Shown here: piece by piece, positions 24,904 to 38,966 of the stretch
Numbering within the stretch: the stretch's first letter is position 1
Layout of the letters: each line of letters begins with the position of its first letter
DNA from: Rhizophagus irregularis
Taxonomy: Eukaryota
Length of the DNA: 64,000 bases
Direction: 5' to 3'
Assembly (NCBI RefSeq): GCF_026210795.1
Contig: NC_089436.1
Coordinates: 1,550,001-1,614,000, forward strand
Notes under the pieces: model-generated
Database searches by the model: none
Seen by the model: only the letters and a program-made list of their open reading frames with translations
Told to the model about the DNA's origin: nothing
Program-made: the position numbers and the translations under genes

Positions 24904-25926
24904 TAAAGCTCCGCATGAGCCGATCCGGCTCACGAGCTGGCTCGAGCTTTTCAATCTGGCCAAAGCTGAGCCACAATTAAATTGGCTCAGTGGCTCGCGA
25001 CCAAGCGAAATGAGCTCGAGCGGTGATAGGCTCGGCTCAAAAGCTCAAGCCAAGTAATAGGCTCGGCTCAAAAAGCTCGAGCTGGCTTGAGTTATCATAC
25101 AAAAAACGTTGCGAAAACGTTTTTTGTATAATATTATATTAAAAAAAACGTTTCGCAACGTTTTTTTAATTCTTTAATAAAAAACGTTGCAAAAACGTTT
25201 TTTTAATTCTTTAATAAAAAAACGTTGCAAAAACGTTTTTTTAATTCTTTAATAAAAAACGTTGCAAAAACGTTTTTCACTATATTATATTGGAAAAAAA
25301 CGTTTCGCACGTTTTTTTAATTCTTTAAGTAAAAACGTTGCAAAAACGTTTTTTCACTATATTATTTTAGAAAAAAATGTTTTGCAACATTTTTTTAAAT
25401 TCTTTAGTAAAAAAACGTTGCGAAAACGTTTTTTTCACTATCTAATATTAGAAAAAAATGTTTCGCAACATTTTTTTAAGTTCTTTTAATAAAAAACGCT
25501 TGCGCGCTTTTTTCACTATATTATTTTAGAAAAAACGTTTCGCAACGCTTTTTTAAATTCTTTAATAAAAAAACATTGCGAAAACGTTTTTTCACAATAT
25601 TATATTAGAAAAAAACATTTCGCAACATTTTTTAAAGTTCTTTAATAAAAAAACGTTGCGAAAACGTTTTTTTCACTATATTATTTTAGAAAAAAACGTT
25701 TCGCAACGTTTTTTTTAATTCTTTAATAAAAAAACGTTGCAAAACGTTTTTCTGAAGATAAAGCTCGAGCCTGGCTTGGCTCGAGCCATGAAAATCATCT
25801 GGTTTCATTCCGCTTTAGCTGAGCTGAAATTTTTATGGCACGACATCATTCCAGGCCAGAATTTTTTTCGAGCTGAGCCGACCAGACTTGTGCTTAAGGC
25901 TCCAAACCGGCTCATGCGGAGCTTTA
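24904..25926. mobile_element. hAT-type MITE with a perfect 8-bp TSD
   Basis: TIR TAAAGCTCCGCATGAGCCG / CGGCTCATGCGGAGCTTTA; TSD GTTTTGCG at 24896-24903 and 25927-25934; GGCTC/GAGC subterminal repeats. Confidence 0.9.
25096..25757. repeat. AAAACGTTGCGAAAACGTTTT array, probably a further nested MITE
   Basis: Many palindromic AACGTT units, weak terminal inverted similarity and AT flanks; interrupts the GAGC-rich hAT MITE. Confidence 0.6.
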
Positions 25927-26050
25927 GTTTTGCGTCAGGGTATAAGATCTGTGCAAATATAATTTCTGAAAATCTGCGCAGATCTGCTCCCCAAAAAATT
26001 TCCCGATGTTTATATTTTATCTATACATATGTTATATAGCATACTATTTA

Positions 26051-26434
26051 CTGTATTCTTCCGTTTTTAAGCACCACCTTTTTAGGAGAAAATTTTTGTG
26101 AAAGTTTAGGGTGGTGCTTAAATTCAGAAGTTTTTTTTTTACACTTTTTTTTTGCACTTTTAGTCATATTTGTAATGTAATGGATGGGTCAGAAAATGAT
26201 TTGTTTGGACAAGATGAAAAAGAGGAGGAAATTGATGAAAATGAAAGGGAAATTGTAGATATAGATAGTAATTCAGCTGATGAATTAGATGAATTGTAAA
26301 ATGATGCATCATAAAAATAAAATTTATTTTGAATAAAATATAAAAAAATTTTCAAATTTGAGGTGGTGCTTATTTTTGTTTTTCAAGTTTTTTTGGCAAA
26401 AGTCGGGATGGTGCTTAAAAATGAAAGAATACGG
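26051..26434 (+). mobile_element. Internally deleted pogo/Tc1-like element
   Basis: TIR C(T/C)GTATTCTT..TTTTTAAGCACCA with TA flanks; residual ICNVMDGSENDLF plus acidic tail resembles pogo transposase C-termini. Confidence 0.7.
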
Positions 26435-29400
26435 TAAATCTAATAATAAGTGATATTATTAAATTGGATTTTGCAAAAAATATATTGAAAAATACAGTTA
26501 GTGTTGTTTTTTACATTAAATATCAAAATAAATTTTTTCTGCTTATTGGAAAAAAAGAAAAAAGAAAAGCAAATTTAATATTGCTTTTTAAAGTAAATGT
26601 TTGAAACCCTTTTCTATTTATTAGGAAGTACAAAAAGTTCACAAGAACTATTTCTAAAAAAAATGAAGTTAGTTAATATTATTTCTTAAAAGTAGATATT
26701 AAAAAACTCTTCCTCACTTATCAGAAGGTTTAGAAAATTTGAAAAGTACAAGAAAATATTTCTAAAAAGAAGAAAAAGAAGTTAATTAGTTCATGATATA
26801 CTTTTTTTTAGGAATAGTTCTTTCTGATAAGGAAAGTTTTTTAATATTAACTTTAAAAACAAATATAATTAACTTCTTATTAAAGTTTTTTTCCTAAAAA
26901 AAAAAGTTATTCATTTACAGCATATATATTTATGGCATTATAGCACTAAATTAAAAAATAACATTACAGTGTCAAATTAAATTACGGCATTATGGTATTT
27001 ATAATATATAGCATTTTATTACAATTTACAGAATGATTTATGATATATATTGAAATGCTAAATTGTTTTAATTAAAGAATTTACATCTATAATTTCCAGT
27101 TTTTTCATTATAATTGATTAATAAATCATCTAATCACACTAATTCAAATATTACAATAAATCAAAAAATTGCTTTAATTGAAATTATTCAGTACCTTTAA
27201 AAATAAAATAATCAAAAAAAAGATTTAATATTTTAATTAATACTATTCTTATTTTATATTGCAAAATAAAAAAATCATATATTATTAAATGTTTTATAAT
27301 CTACAGTATAATTTTAAATTTCTGAAATGTCTATAATAATCATAGCTTAGAACTTTTTATGTTATTTTCTTTTTCATAAAGTCCAACTTGTAGAATACTA
27401 CTGTACTGGTATACCTCCTAGATCTGCCTAGTTATGGAAGTGTAAATAAGGATAAAGTAATTCTGATCTTATATTTGTGTTAAATAATTTGGTATAATTA
27501 TAGATTCATAGTAAAGGCAGTAACATTTATTCATTTATTATAAATTATAACCCCTTACCTCTTACATATATAATATATAAAATCTTATATTACACTATAT
27601 ACATTAAGACTTTTCTTTACCTCCTTACCCCTAAAATATTATGTAATAAATATCATTATTCTAATTAATGTAACTACCATTGAATCTGTTTATCTATATA
27701 AAAAATCTCAGAAAAATATAAGTAAAGTATAAGCTGCAACATTAAATAACTATAATATAAAATATCAATAGTAATAATATAGAATAATGAAGTTCATATA
27801 ACTAAAGTATTGAACACTATAATATGAAACATAATTTTTGTTTTTTTTTTATAATGAAATAGTTTCACAAACCTATTATTAAAGATAATTCTTTTCATTA
27901 AATCTGTTAGTAAAAATAAAAGTTTATAACTAAATTAAAGTTTTTCAAATTTCTATAAAGTGATTAAAATAAAATACTTTAAAAAAAAAGTTGGAGAAAG
28001 GGGTTTTTTTTTTTTTTCATTCTAAATATTCACTTTTTTTTTGATATGAGATGTAAAAAAAAAAATAATTTTTTAAGGGATAAATGATGATTAATTTGGA
28101 ATGACCAATGATTTTATTGTATTTATTTAAAATAGATTTACAAAGGAATTTTAGAATTTGTAAAAAAAAAAGGAATTTCGAGTAATCATAATTAATTTTG
28201 GAATGATCAATGATCATTATATTATTATTGTATTCATTTTAAATGGATTTATAGAATTTTGTAAGAAGGAATATCGAATAAATTAATTTGGAAATGACCA
28301 ATGATCATTGTAATCATTTAAATAGATTTATAAGGAATTTTAAAAAGAATTTTTATTTTTATCAAATAGAAAGTGCATCGTGATGATTTTGACACAAGGA
28401 TAGTTGACAACCCTAAACCAAAATTAAATAGCTGTAAAAGTAATGCGAGATCGATGGGATTTGAGGCAATAATCATATGATCTCGGTGTAGGGGGGGATG
28501 AAGTTTCATCAACTTTAGGATCTCTAACAAAGGATCAAAAGAAATTTACAAGAAATAATCAATTTAATAATTATAAATAACAAATGAGTAAATGTAGTAA
28601 ATATAGTAAATGATTCAAAAACACGTAAAAGATCGTCATTCAGTTGTGTTTGATTTTTAAAACTGTCGGATCTGTCGTATGGCGTAAAGTAAAACTTTTA
28701 GATATGCGAAGGTATTTAGTGCAACAATAAAGTATGAACTTTACGGAAATTCCCCTTAAAAATCATAAGAAGTAATGATAATAAGCAAACTTTTTTTTTT
28801 TATAATAATCAATTCAAAATAAAAATTCCCTTTAGAATTAATTCTTTTATCCGATTATCAAAAAATGATAAATTAAAATGAGGGATACTTTGGGTATTAT
28901 ACTGTATTTGATCGACGAACACATTTTCGGTATCAACCGATAAATCGGTGTTTATCGGTTGCATCGGATTGTAACATTTCCGGGTAAAACCGGTTGAAAC
29001 TGGTTAAATACTTTTAATTATTTAATTATTTGGTATAAGGTATACCTATGAAGTTTTGTTACCTAATTTATATATTATAATAAATTACAATATCAAATAT
29101 TCTAATTGGAACATTTCAAAGAATTTAAATGAAGGAATTTAAATGATTCCTTTCAATCAAGAATTTTTAATTTTTTTTTGAAAAAAAGTAAAAAAAAAAA
29201 AAAATACACAAAGATGAAACAAATAATTTTTTTTTTCTCCATTCGTTGATAGAAAGAAAATTTTCTCATTAAAAAAAATATATATATATAAAATATAACC
29301 TTTTCGCATGATGCATGTATAATTGATGAATAACTCAGTATAATAATAGATTGAACTGGTTATTTTTAATATGTTGTGAACAGGGGACACAATCACAAAT

Positions 29401-30414
29401 CACAAAAACAAATCTCGTAACCTAAACCAAATACGTTTGTCGTGAGAAATCATAAACAAGTTTAGGCAACCGTCCGAGCATAAGGTTTTATAATATAAAT
29501 ATATAAACAAACAATTTTCCTTGTCAAATGTTCTTTTGATTATCTTTTTTGGTCGATCAAAGAAACATTCATTAATAGCAAATCATTTATTTTTTTGTCG
29601 AATCTCCTTTTAAGTAAAAGTTTTTATTTTTTTTTTAAAAAAAAATATTTTTGGTAATAGAATAACTATTAAAAAATAAATTATCTGTGGTGTATCCCTG
29701 TGATTGATTGCTTTGCATGATTGTAATCGATTCGCATGGATTTCATGATTCTTAAGAGAGACCAGAGAGGCCTTTTTTTTTTTATGAGTACTACATAAAT
29801 AAAAAGAGACCCGAGATCACATGTGATACACTACTGTGCCATAATTTGAACTTTTGTCGTCGTTTTCACGTTTATATATATAAAAAAAAAAAAAAAGGAA
29901 AAAAGACAAATTCATTAGATAACAAATCACATATTCAAATATTATGATTCGATATCCATTACATCACAACTTACATTTTAATAAGTAAGTTATTTTAAAA
30001 AAAAAAAAAGGTAAAAATTTTCTCGATGCAATAAATTAAGAAGGGGTTAATATCTATCAAAGATATTTTGATTCGAAAGATGGAAAAATAAATTAAGGGT
30101 TTTCATTACATAGTATCTACTTTTAACATAATTACATAACTACTTACAATATATATATGTGTATATATATGTGTATAATAAAATATATCTTACAAAAAAA
30201 AAAGAATAATAGATAAATTGTTTGTGTTTGTTCGTGTTTGTGAATATAGGATAAAATATACGAAATAATAAAAAAAAAATATATATATAAATAATAAGTA
30301 CGAAAAAAAATTTTATAACTTATCGAATAAAGTTAAGCACGTTAAAAAAAAATCGATAAAGAATAACCGAAATTACGATATAACGAACGATATGACGCGT
30401 GACGCTGCTTGACG

Positions 30415-32200
30415 CTATGAGTCAAATAATATCATGAATCTTGGAAGTGTGGCCTATAAATTTAAATTTGAAATTAATCAATTAATAAATTAATCAATTA
30501 ATCAATTATAGATATTAACGTAATAAGATGTAATACGACGTAAATACGTACCTTATTTTTGTTAACCACGAGAATGTAATTATGTTCTTGAGCGACAATA
30601 TCAACAACAAACATAACTTTAGTATGATGATTACCATCAGTATAATCACGAGATATTAAAGCGCTATTAGCAAACCACATTTCTATTAAGAAAAAGAAAG
30701 AAAGAAATTAATTAACATTAATTAAAGGGAAGCAGAATTCTTTTCATACTTACTTTTGTTATGCTTTGAAAATTTCTTCCTATTACCATTTTGAATAATA
30801 CCACACATTCCACAACCTTTTTTACAAAAAGATTTTTCAGATAAAGGATAATTTCTTTCTAAAAAACGATCAGGATCACAACCAGTAGAAGTAGTAGTTC
30901 CATGAAACATGCTATAAGTTACATCATCAACATTTTTTCCAGCAAGTTTTGCAACTTTATTTTTATACTTTTCATGAAGTTTTATTAATTTAGATGGCAT
31001 ATCCAATCTAATTATTCCCTTAATAACACCACGAGGTATTTCAGAATAAAACATTTTTTTAACAGTAATATAATCATTATCACTTTTTTTCAACAAAATC
31101 ATTTGAGTTCTCGTAAGAAGAGGAAAATTACTCTCAGATATAATAGATTTAGATTTATTATTAGGTACACTGTATTGTGAAGAACGACCTGAAGGACCTG
31201 GTAAACGAACATTACAAGAGTCACAAATCGTTCTTGTTGGATGATTCATAAAAGTACAATTAAAACATTCCACTTCAATAAAACTTATACGACGGATTTG
31301 AATTTCAGTAGATGATGAAGGAGAAGGATTTGAAGAATTCGAAGAAAGATGTATTGAAGATGATAAAATTGGTTGAAATATTAAAGAAGAAGTAGAAGAG
31401 ATAGATTCAGGAAATATTTTTATTTTTTCATCAATATTTTCATCAATTTCTTCAAAAGATTTTTCTTCAATAATAGGAAAAGCATTATATAATTCTTCAT
31501 GTATAGATTCTAATTTATTTTCATTTTCTTCTAAATCAACAGTTAAATCATTTGATTCATTCCAATTATTTTTAATTTCATTTAAATCTTCCAAATCTTC
31601 CAAATCATTAGTTGATTGATCATCATTTTTACATAATTGATCAAAATCATCAAATATAAAATCAAAATTAAAAGAATCTTCAATTAATTCAGGTAAAGTA
31701 ATTTTAGGTTGATGATAATGATATTTATCATTATGATTATTATGATTATTATTATTATTATTATTATTAAAATTTGTCGTTATACTTATTCGTGATAAAC
31801 GAGAACTTAATCTTGTCGTTATACCAAAAAGTGAATTTCTTCTAGAAGAATTTAATTTTTCATATTTTGATGATTTGAATTTTGAAGTTTTATGACCTTC
31901 GATAGTTGATAACATGGTTAAAGATTTCGTATTCTCACTATTTAAAGTACCACTAGCTTCAATATTTTCTGGTAACCATATTAAATTTCTACTATTTCTT
32001 TTTGAACTTAATCCATTATCATCCAATGTATTTTGAGTTATTTTTGGTATTTTATCATTCCATACTATTTGTTCATTAGTAGATTCATTATCATCATCAG
32101 TTGGTGTATTACTTTTTGTTGTAGTAACCAATTTTTTGGTCCATGATTTTAATTTAACTAGTATTTGTTTCTGTTTCTTTTTAGGTGAATTTTGATCCAT
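30415..32200 (-). CDS. PARP-like ADP-ribosyltransferase-fold protein with RanBP2-type Zn finger (paralogue A); exons 32200-30754, 30682-30552, 30453-30415
   Basis: CFNCTFMN...CDSC finger; MFHGT...C...CGMCGIIQNG; spliced KMWFANSALISRDY...MFVVDIV...ILVVNKNKATLPRFMILFDS*; canonical GT-AG introns keep the frame. Confidence 0.8.
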
Positions 32201-34760
32201 ATGTGAGAAAAAAAAAAAGGAAAAAAATAAAGAAAAAAAAAATAATAAACAAAAAATAAAACAAAAAAAAATAAAAATAAAACAAAATAAATAAATAAAT
32301 AAAACGAAAAAAAAAAGGGAATATTTTTTACTTAAATATATATATAAAGAAATTTTTTAATTTTTTTTTTTCTCAAAAAAAAAGGGTTGATAAGGAAAAA
32401 AAGAAAGATGCATGAAAGAATAAAAAAAAAAGAGAGAAAAAAGAGAGAACTTTTTTTTTTAAAAAAAAAAAAAATGGAAAATTTCAAGAGGTATATTTAT
32501 GTAAATAAACGGGATTACAATTTCAAAAACGGAAATCTTATTTAATTATTAACCAAATTTGGTACATACTAACAAAATATAAAAAAAAAAAAAATTTTAA
32601 AAATACTTATATAGATATTTATACCTATATATATATATATAATATTTTTAATAAGAATTATGTTATTATAAACATTATAAACAACACATGAATATACATA
32701 TTTAAAATAATTTTTTTCTTTTTCTTTTTTTTTTTGTCCTTTATACAAAATTTTTGTTATGTACGCCATACATATATATATATCTACGGGTATCCGGCTT
32801 AAATATTAACAATGGCCAAAAAATAGAATGTAAACTTTAACTTACCTAAACTATCATTAAGAAACCAATTATCGCGTGGTAAATGAGTAGTTGATAATAA
32901 AAAAAAAAGAATTTTAACCTTTAAATTCGAATAAGGGGATAAGAATGTATTGCATTGCATTTTTCTCCAAAAGTTTTCATTAAAAAGAACCGTTCGCAAA
33001 AATAAAACTTTAAAATAACATTGCATTACTTTCTGATATTGACAACAATCCGAACAATCTTTTTCTTTTTAAAAAAAATATTGAAGAAAAAGATCCGATT
33101 TTATTAAACTATTTAATGTTATTATACTCCATACTATTATACTTTACTACTTTACTAGGTAACTCTCTTTAACCATAAATGATCCAAACATGTCCCTTAC
33201 ATATTTGATTACTTTTTTACCCCTGGTAAGTTTCAGTTATTTAATATATATGGCGATTTAGTTACGTCAATAATTGTTCAGTAGTTGAAGGCTTGGAAGG
33301 TGACTTGTTTTGCCCAAAAACAATTAAACAATAATAAATCACGTGATCATTTACTGATATTCCCATTTGGACAATGCCGTTATACACTTATACCGATTGA
33401 GAAAAAATTTATGATTTTTTTTTTTACATTATAATTTATTAATTTATTAATGCATATTTCCCGAACGGGAATTACATCAATTTAGAACTTTTAAAATAAT
33501 TGGTTGGTCTATTTGGTCTAATTTGTTTATTTTGTTTATTGGTCTATTGTATTTAGTTTCTAATTCTGTTGGTCAACTCGAAAAATTCACGTACGGATCT
33601 TTTTTTATGGTTCCCACGTGATTATACGAAACATTTTTTAATTTTAAACAACAAAATTGATGGATAATAAATCGATAAAATGATATGATGGATAATAATC
33701 AAATAATCGATAAGTGATAAATGATAATAATCGATAAATGATTGGAATAATAATCGATAATTTATATCGATAATTTATAATCGAATAATCGAATGATAAT
33801 AAATAATCAATGAATGATAAAATTTATTATTATTATTTATCTGTAATTAGAATAATTCATATTATTATGAATAATTTTAATTTTTTTTTAATTAAAAAAA
33901 AAAATAAAAAAAAAAACATTATTTTTTTTTTTCATAGTTTCATATATTTTTTTAATAATCTTCCTTTTTTTTTCTCTCTTCATAATTTTTTGGAAAATTA
34001 CACATGAAATATGCATCATTGTTATTTATTTACAAAGTTATAAATGATGCAGTTTGTAAAATAGGATTTCAACTTTTTTATTGTTTTTATATAAATATAT
34101 AAAGGAAAAAAAAAAAAAATTTCAACCGACCCTTTTTCATAAAAAGATAATGTAATGGAAATAATAAATAAAATAAAATAAATAAAATAAATAAAAAAAA
34201 AATAAATCCCGAAAAAAAAAATGGATAATTCCCAAATAGAAAAAAATAATTCAAATGGGAAAAAAAAATAAATTCAAATGGAACAAAATGGAAATTTTTT
34301 TTTTTTTACCAGAATTTAAAATTTTATCAAAACTTTTTTTTTTTTTACTATCATAACTCCATTTTTATTTTATTCATTTAAAACTGAAATATTTTATTCA
34401 TTTTAATTTAAAAAAAAAAAAAATTTTTTTCGTGGTACATACCTTTATCGTAATAATATGCACATTAATAAAATACCTTTTTCGGATTATTTACCGTCAT
34501 ATAACATATATAACAAACTATGACTCACCGGTTCACCCATCCCTTTCTTTAATAAAATTTAATGGGGATTGGACTGCGCCTCATGTATTAATGATCCAAT
34601 CAATTTTCTTTTTATTATTAATATTCCGAATTCGAATTAGAGATAAAAAAAATTGCAAATCAGGTAAATATTTTGAAAATCAATGAATGATTGAATGATA
34701 ATTATGATAAATTTTATATCACATTTTTGATTACCCGTTCAAATATTAAATAAAAACCTT

Positions 34761-34773
34761 AAAAAAAAAAAAG

Positions 34774-34820
<47 letters not shown>
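34761..34820 (+). repeat. Poly(A) tract of about 60 bp
   Basis: Nearly pure A run with a single G. Confidence 0.9.
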
Positions 34821-34823
<3 letters not shown>

Positions 34824-35366
34824 AGAGAATATAATTTAAATTTTTTTTTTAAAATAATTTTTTTTTTTTTTTTTTGAACAAAAAAAAATTAAAAATAAAA
34901 ATAAAAAAAATTAAAAATAATAAAAAGAATAAATTTTTTTTAAAATAACATTTTCAACATTATATGTATGTATGCATCATTATAAAAATTTTATGGGTCA
35001 CTTTTTTTTTTTCTTTGTCAATTTTTTTTATTCAAGTGTAACGTTTGTAGAACGATAAACAACTTTCAAGAGTTTACTTAAAGTACAAACTTTTTTACAA
35101 CCCCAAAATGTAAGGACCAACTTACTTTTAAGGTATGTCGGATCATTTTTTTTTTTTTTCTTCTTTTATTTCTCTTTTGATCTTTTCTTGTATTCGTTTA
35201 ATTTTTTATATATATATACATAACATATATATATATATATACTTTTTGTGTTTTTTTTTTTTTTTTTAAACTTTTTTAAATTTCTTTCGATAGATAAAAA
35301 CGTTAACCAAATTTTAACTTTATTTTTTTTTTATAGTGCTTATAAAAAAATTCAAAAAAAAAAGTT

Positions 35367-38300
35367 ATGGATTGTACAGAATTTCCATCAAATTCTTCTT
35401 CCTCTTCTTCTTCACAATTTACAAATACAACTTCTTTCTCACCATCACCGTCAACTCAATTTTCTCCTACATATTATACTACTTATTCTCCTTATCCTTT
35501 ATCATCATCTTCATTATCTAACACTTCATCATTTCTTAATAAAATTAAATCTATTAGTCAACAACAAAGAAGAAATAATCAATTTTCAATATGTAAAAAA
35601 TCCGATTGTAATAATAGATTTATTAATGATGATGGTAATAAAATTGGGGGTTATTGTAGTATGATGTGTCAAGTAAATGATTGGACTCAATCTAGTAATA
35701 ATAATAATAATAATAATAATTATAATAATAATCATAATAATATTACTGTATTAAATGGTGAGACTCGTTTAAATTCTAGATTAAATAATAGATTATGTGG
35801 AAATTTTTTAAATTCTCAAAGTGGAAATGGAACAAATTTATTAAATATATCAAATCCTTCAAGAATTACAAAGAGGCAACCAATTAAACAACAACAACAA
35901 CAACAACCATTTAAACGTACAAAATTATTTAAATCCGGTATAAATACTTTAATACCTTCTACTACAACTACTACTTCTTCTTCTTCTTCTCCTTCTTCTT
36001 CTTCTTCTTCTCCATCTCCTTCTTCATCATCTATAACAACAACGAATACTACATCAAATGGGAATATTATTATGAATAATAATGATACTACAATATCTTC
36101 TTCTCCTTCTTCTTCTTCATCCATTATGCCAAATTTATCATTAAATTCTTTACCTGAAAATTTTAACTTATCTTCTTCTCCTATTCCTCCTCCTTCTACT
36201 TCTTCTACGGAAGATTTCTCATCAAATCAATTTAGTACTTTGGATTATCCTTGTGATCATAAAATTTATAATAATCAAAATTTATATACTTTGGATAATC
36301 AAAATTCTACTCAACAACAACAACAACAACAACAAAAAATTGATCAAAATCAAACCTCATTAAATTCTAATAATAACGTTAATATCGTTGAAAATATTTC
36401 TTCAAATTTTACTGATTCTATTAACAATAATGATAATTATTGTAACGTTTATTGTGGTGATTCTTATAATCTTTCGGATTATGATGTTACAACTGATTAT
36501 AATGTTACTGAAAATGATTTATATTTTAATAATGATGGAATTGAAGATAATTCTATTTATTATTCTCAAACTCCACAATCATTACAACAACCACCACAAC
36601 AATCTCAACCACAACAACAATCTCAATTACCACAGCCACCACAATCACAACTGCCACAACCATCACAGCTACCACAGCAATCACAACTACCACAACAATC
36701 ACAACAATCACAACAATTACAACAACCACCTTCACAGCAATTACAATCTCCTCAATTACAACAATTACCATCACAACAATTACAATCACCATCATCACGA
36801 CAACAACAACAGTTACAACAATTGCCTCCACAACAACTATCATCGCAACAATTACAATCACAACAACTACCATCGCAACAATTACAATCACAACAATTAC
36901 TATCCCGACAATTACAATCACGACAATTACAATCACAACAATTACAATCACAACAATTACAACCACAACAATTACAACCACAACAATTACAACAACCGCC
37001 TCCACAACAACCATCGCATCAACCACAACAGTTGCAACAACTACAACCACAACAATTACAGTCACCATCACAACGACAATTGCAACAATTACAACCACAA
37101 CAATTACAGTCACCGTCACAACGACAATTGCAACAATTACAACCACAACAATTACAACAATTATCACAACAGTTGCAACAACCGCCTTCACAACAATTGC
37201 AACAATTGCCATCACAACAATTACAACAACAATTGCAACGACCGCCTTCACAGCAATTGACTTCACAGCAATTGACTTCACAATTATTTACTTCACGACA
37301 ATTACCTTCACAGCAATTGACTTCACAGCAATTTGCCTCACAACAATTGGCCTCACAACAATTGGCCTCACAACGATTGGCCACACAGCAATTGGTCTCA
37401 CAACAATTGGCCTCGCAGCAATTGGCCTCGCAGCAATTGGCCTCACAACAATTTGCCTCACAACAATTTGCCTCGCAACAATTGGCCTCACAGCAATTGG
37501 CTTCACAGCAATTAGCTTCACAACAATTGGCTTCACAACAATTGCAGCAACAACAACAACTACAACAAATGCCACCTCAAGTATTCCAACGATTACCAAC
37601 ACAACAATTACCACAGCAACAGCAACAATTACTTCAACAGTCTCAACAACAGTTAAATTTTAATCCAACATCAAGATTGGTTGTAATGACAAGATGTTCA
37701 GTTTGTACATTAATATGTTATTCTAGCTCTGGGATATGTGAATTATGTCAAGCTCAACTATCTTCACAAGGATTTACTCCTTATACAAATGATAATAACA
37801 ATAATTATTATGATTATAACGTTCAGGCTTCACGAATTCAGGCACAAGCAGTTAAAGCAGTACAAGCTGCAAAAGCAACCCAACTTCATGCCGCACAAAT
37901 TCAAGCAGCAAGAGCTGCACAAAGTCGGGCTGTTCAAATTCGAGCATTACAAATGTTAAGATCTCAACAAATTCAAAGAGCTAGAGCACAACAATTTCCA
38001 TCCCAATTTCAAGCTCAAATTCAAGCTCAAATTCAAGCTGCAAAAATGGCACAAGCTCAAGTAACACAAACACAACTTAATCAATCACAACCAATATATA
38101 ATAATAATTATGGTATGCCACCTACATCTTCATCCGATACATCATCTTCGGATACTTCTGCTAATGCAATTATTTCAACAAATAAATCAAAATTAGCAAA
38201 AACTCAATTAAAAGTTCTTCCTTTACATGATAATGAATTTATTCAAATACAAAGATATTTCCTTAAAGGATTACCACATGCTCGTATACATACTATAATT

Positions 38301-38966
38301 AAGTTACAAATGCCTACTAAATTAGTTGAAGCTCATGAACAATACAAAAAAACATTATTAAATAATCCTTCATATGGTTCTAATATGACGACAAATAATT
38401 TAATAAGTAGTATGAAAAGCAATAACAATTTGGATAAACATACAAATACAATGTTCCATGGTACAAAAATTAGTTGTAATCCTCAACGATTTATTAATGG
38501 GAATAGTAATTTTTGTTTATTTAGTTGTGGTATGTGTGGTATAATACAAAATGGTAATCAAGGAAAATATAGTAGATTTAACGGAAGTAAGTACTGATCT
38601 TTTTTAAATAGAGAGAGTGGAATTGAAAGTCTTTTTTAGAAAAAAATTAATTATTATTTTTTATTTTAGGAATGTGGTTTGCTAATAATTCTGCCATATC
38701 ATTGGGTTATTGTGGTTTATCAACTTCTAGAACTATGTTTAATTGTACTCCTTTTTCTTCTAAAAATTCTTTAATGGCTATGTTTGTTGTTGATGTTGTT
38801 TCTCTTCAAACTAGTGATATTATTATTGTTGATGTAGATGCGGTAAGTTTATATTTTTTTTTAAAAAAAAAAGAATTTTAATTTTATATGAATTTAATTT
38901 ATTTTTTGTTACTTTTAATAGGCTACTTTACCTAAATATTTGATATTATTTGAACCTGGATTTTAA
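35367..38966 (+). CDS. PARP-like ADP-ribosyltransferase-fold protein with Zn fingers and a long Q-rich region (paralogue B); exons 35367-38586, 38670-38842, 38922-38966
   Basis: N-terminal CKKSDC...YCSMMC; CSVC...CELC finger; MFHGT...CGMCGIIQNG; spliced RMWFANNSAISLGY...MFVVDVV...IIIVDVDAATLPKYLILFEPGF*; same intron positions as paralogue A. Confidence 0.82.
36570..37640 (+). repeat. Coding CAA-rich repeats: (SQQLQ)n, (PQQLQ)n and (SQQLA)n 15-bp units
   Basis: Visible in both DNA and translation; explains the spurious N-, V- and C-rich overlapping ORFs. Confidence 0.9.

Larger units (their letters stand above)
10466..26008 (-). mobile_element. Plavaka-type (CMC superfamily) DNA transposon 1, carrying several nested insertions
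   Basis: TIRs CATCGGGAAATTTTTT at 10466 and AAAAAATTTCCCGATG ending 26008; subterminal TCTGC/GCAGA repeats at both ends; encloses a Plavaka transposase (-) and a divergent accessory gene (+). Confidence 0.85.

Noticed and set aside
35816..37959. N-rich, V-rich and C-rich ORFs overlapping paralogue B
   Set aside because: Alternative-frame and antisense readings of CAA/TCT repeats.
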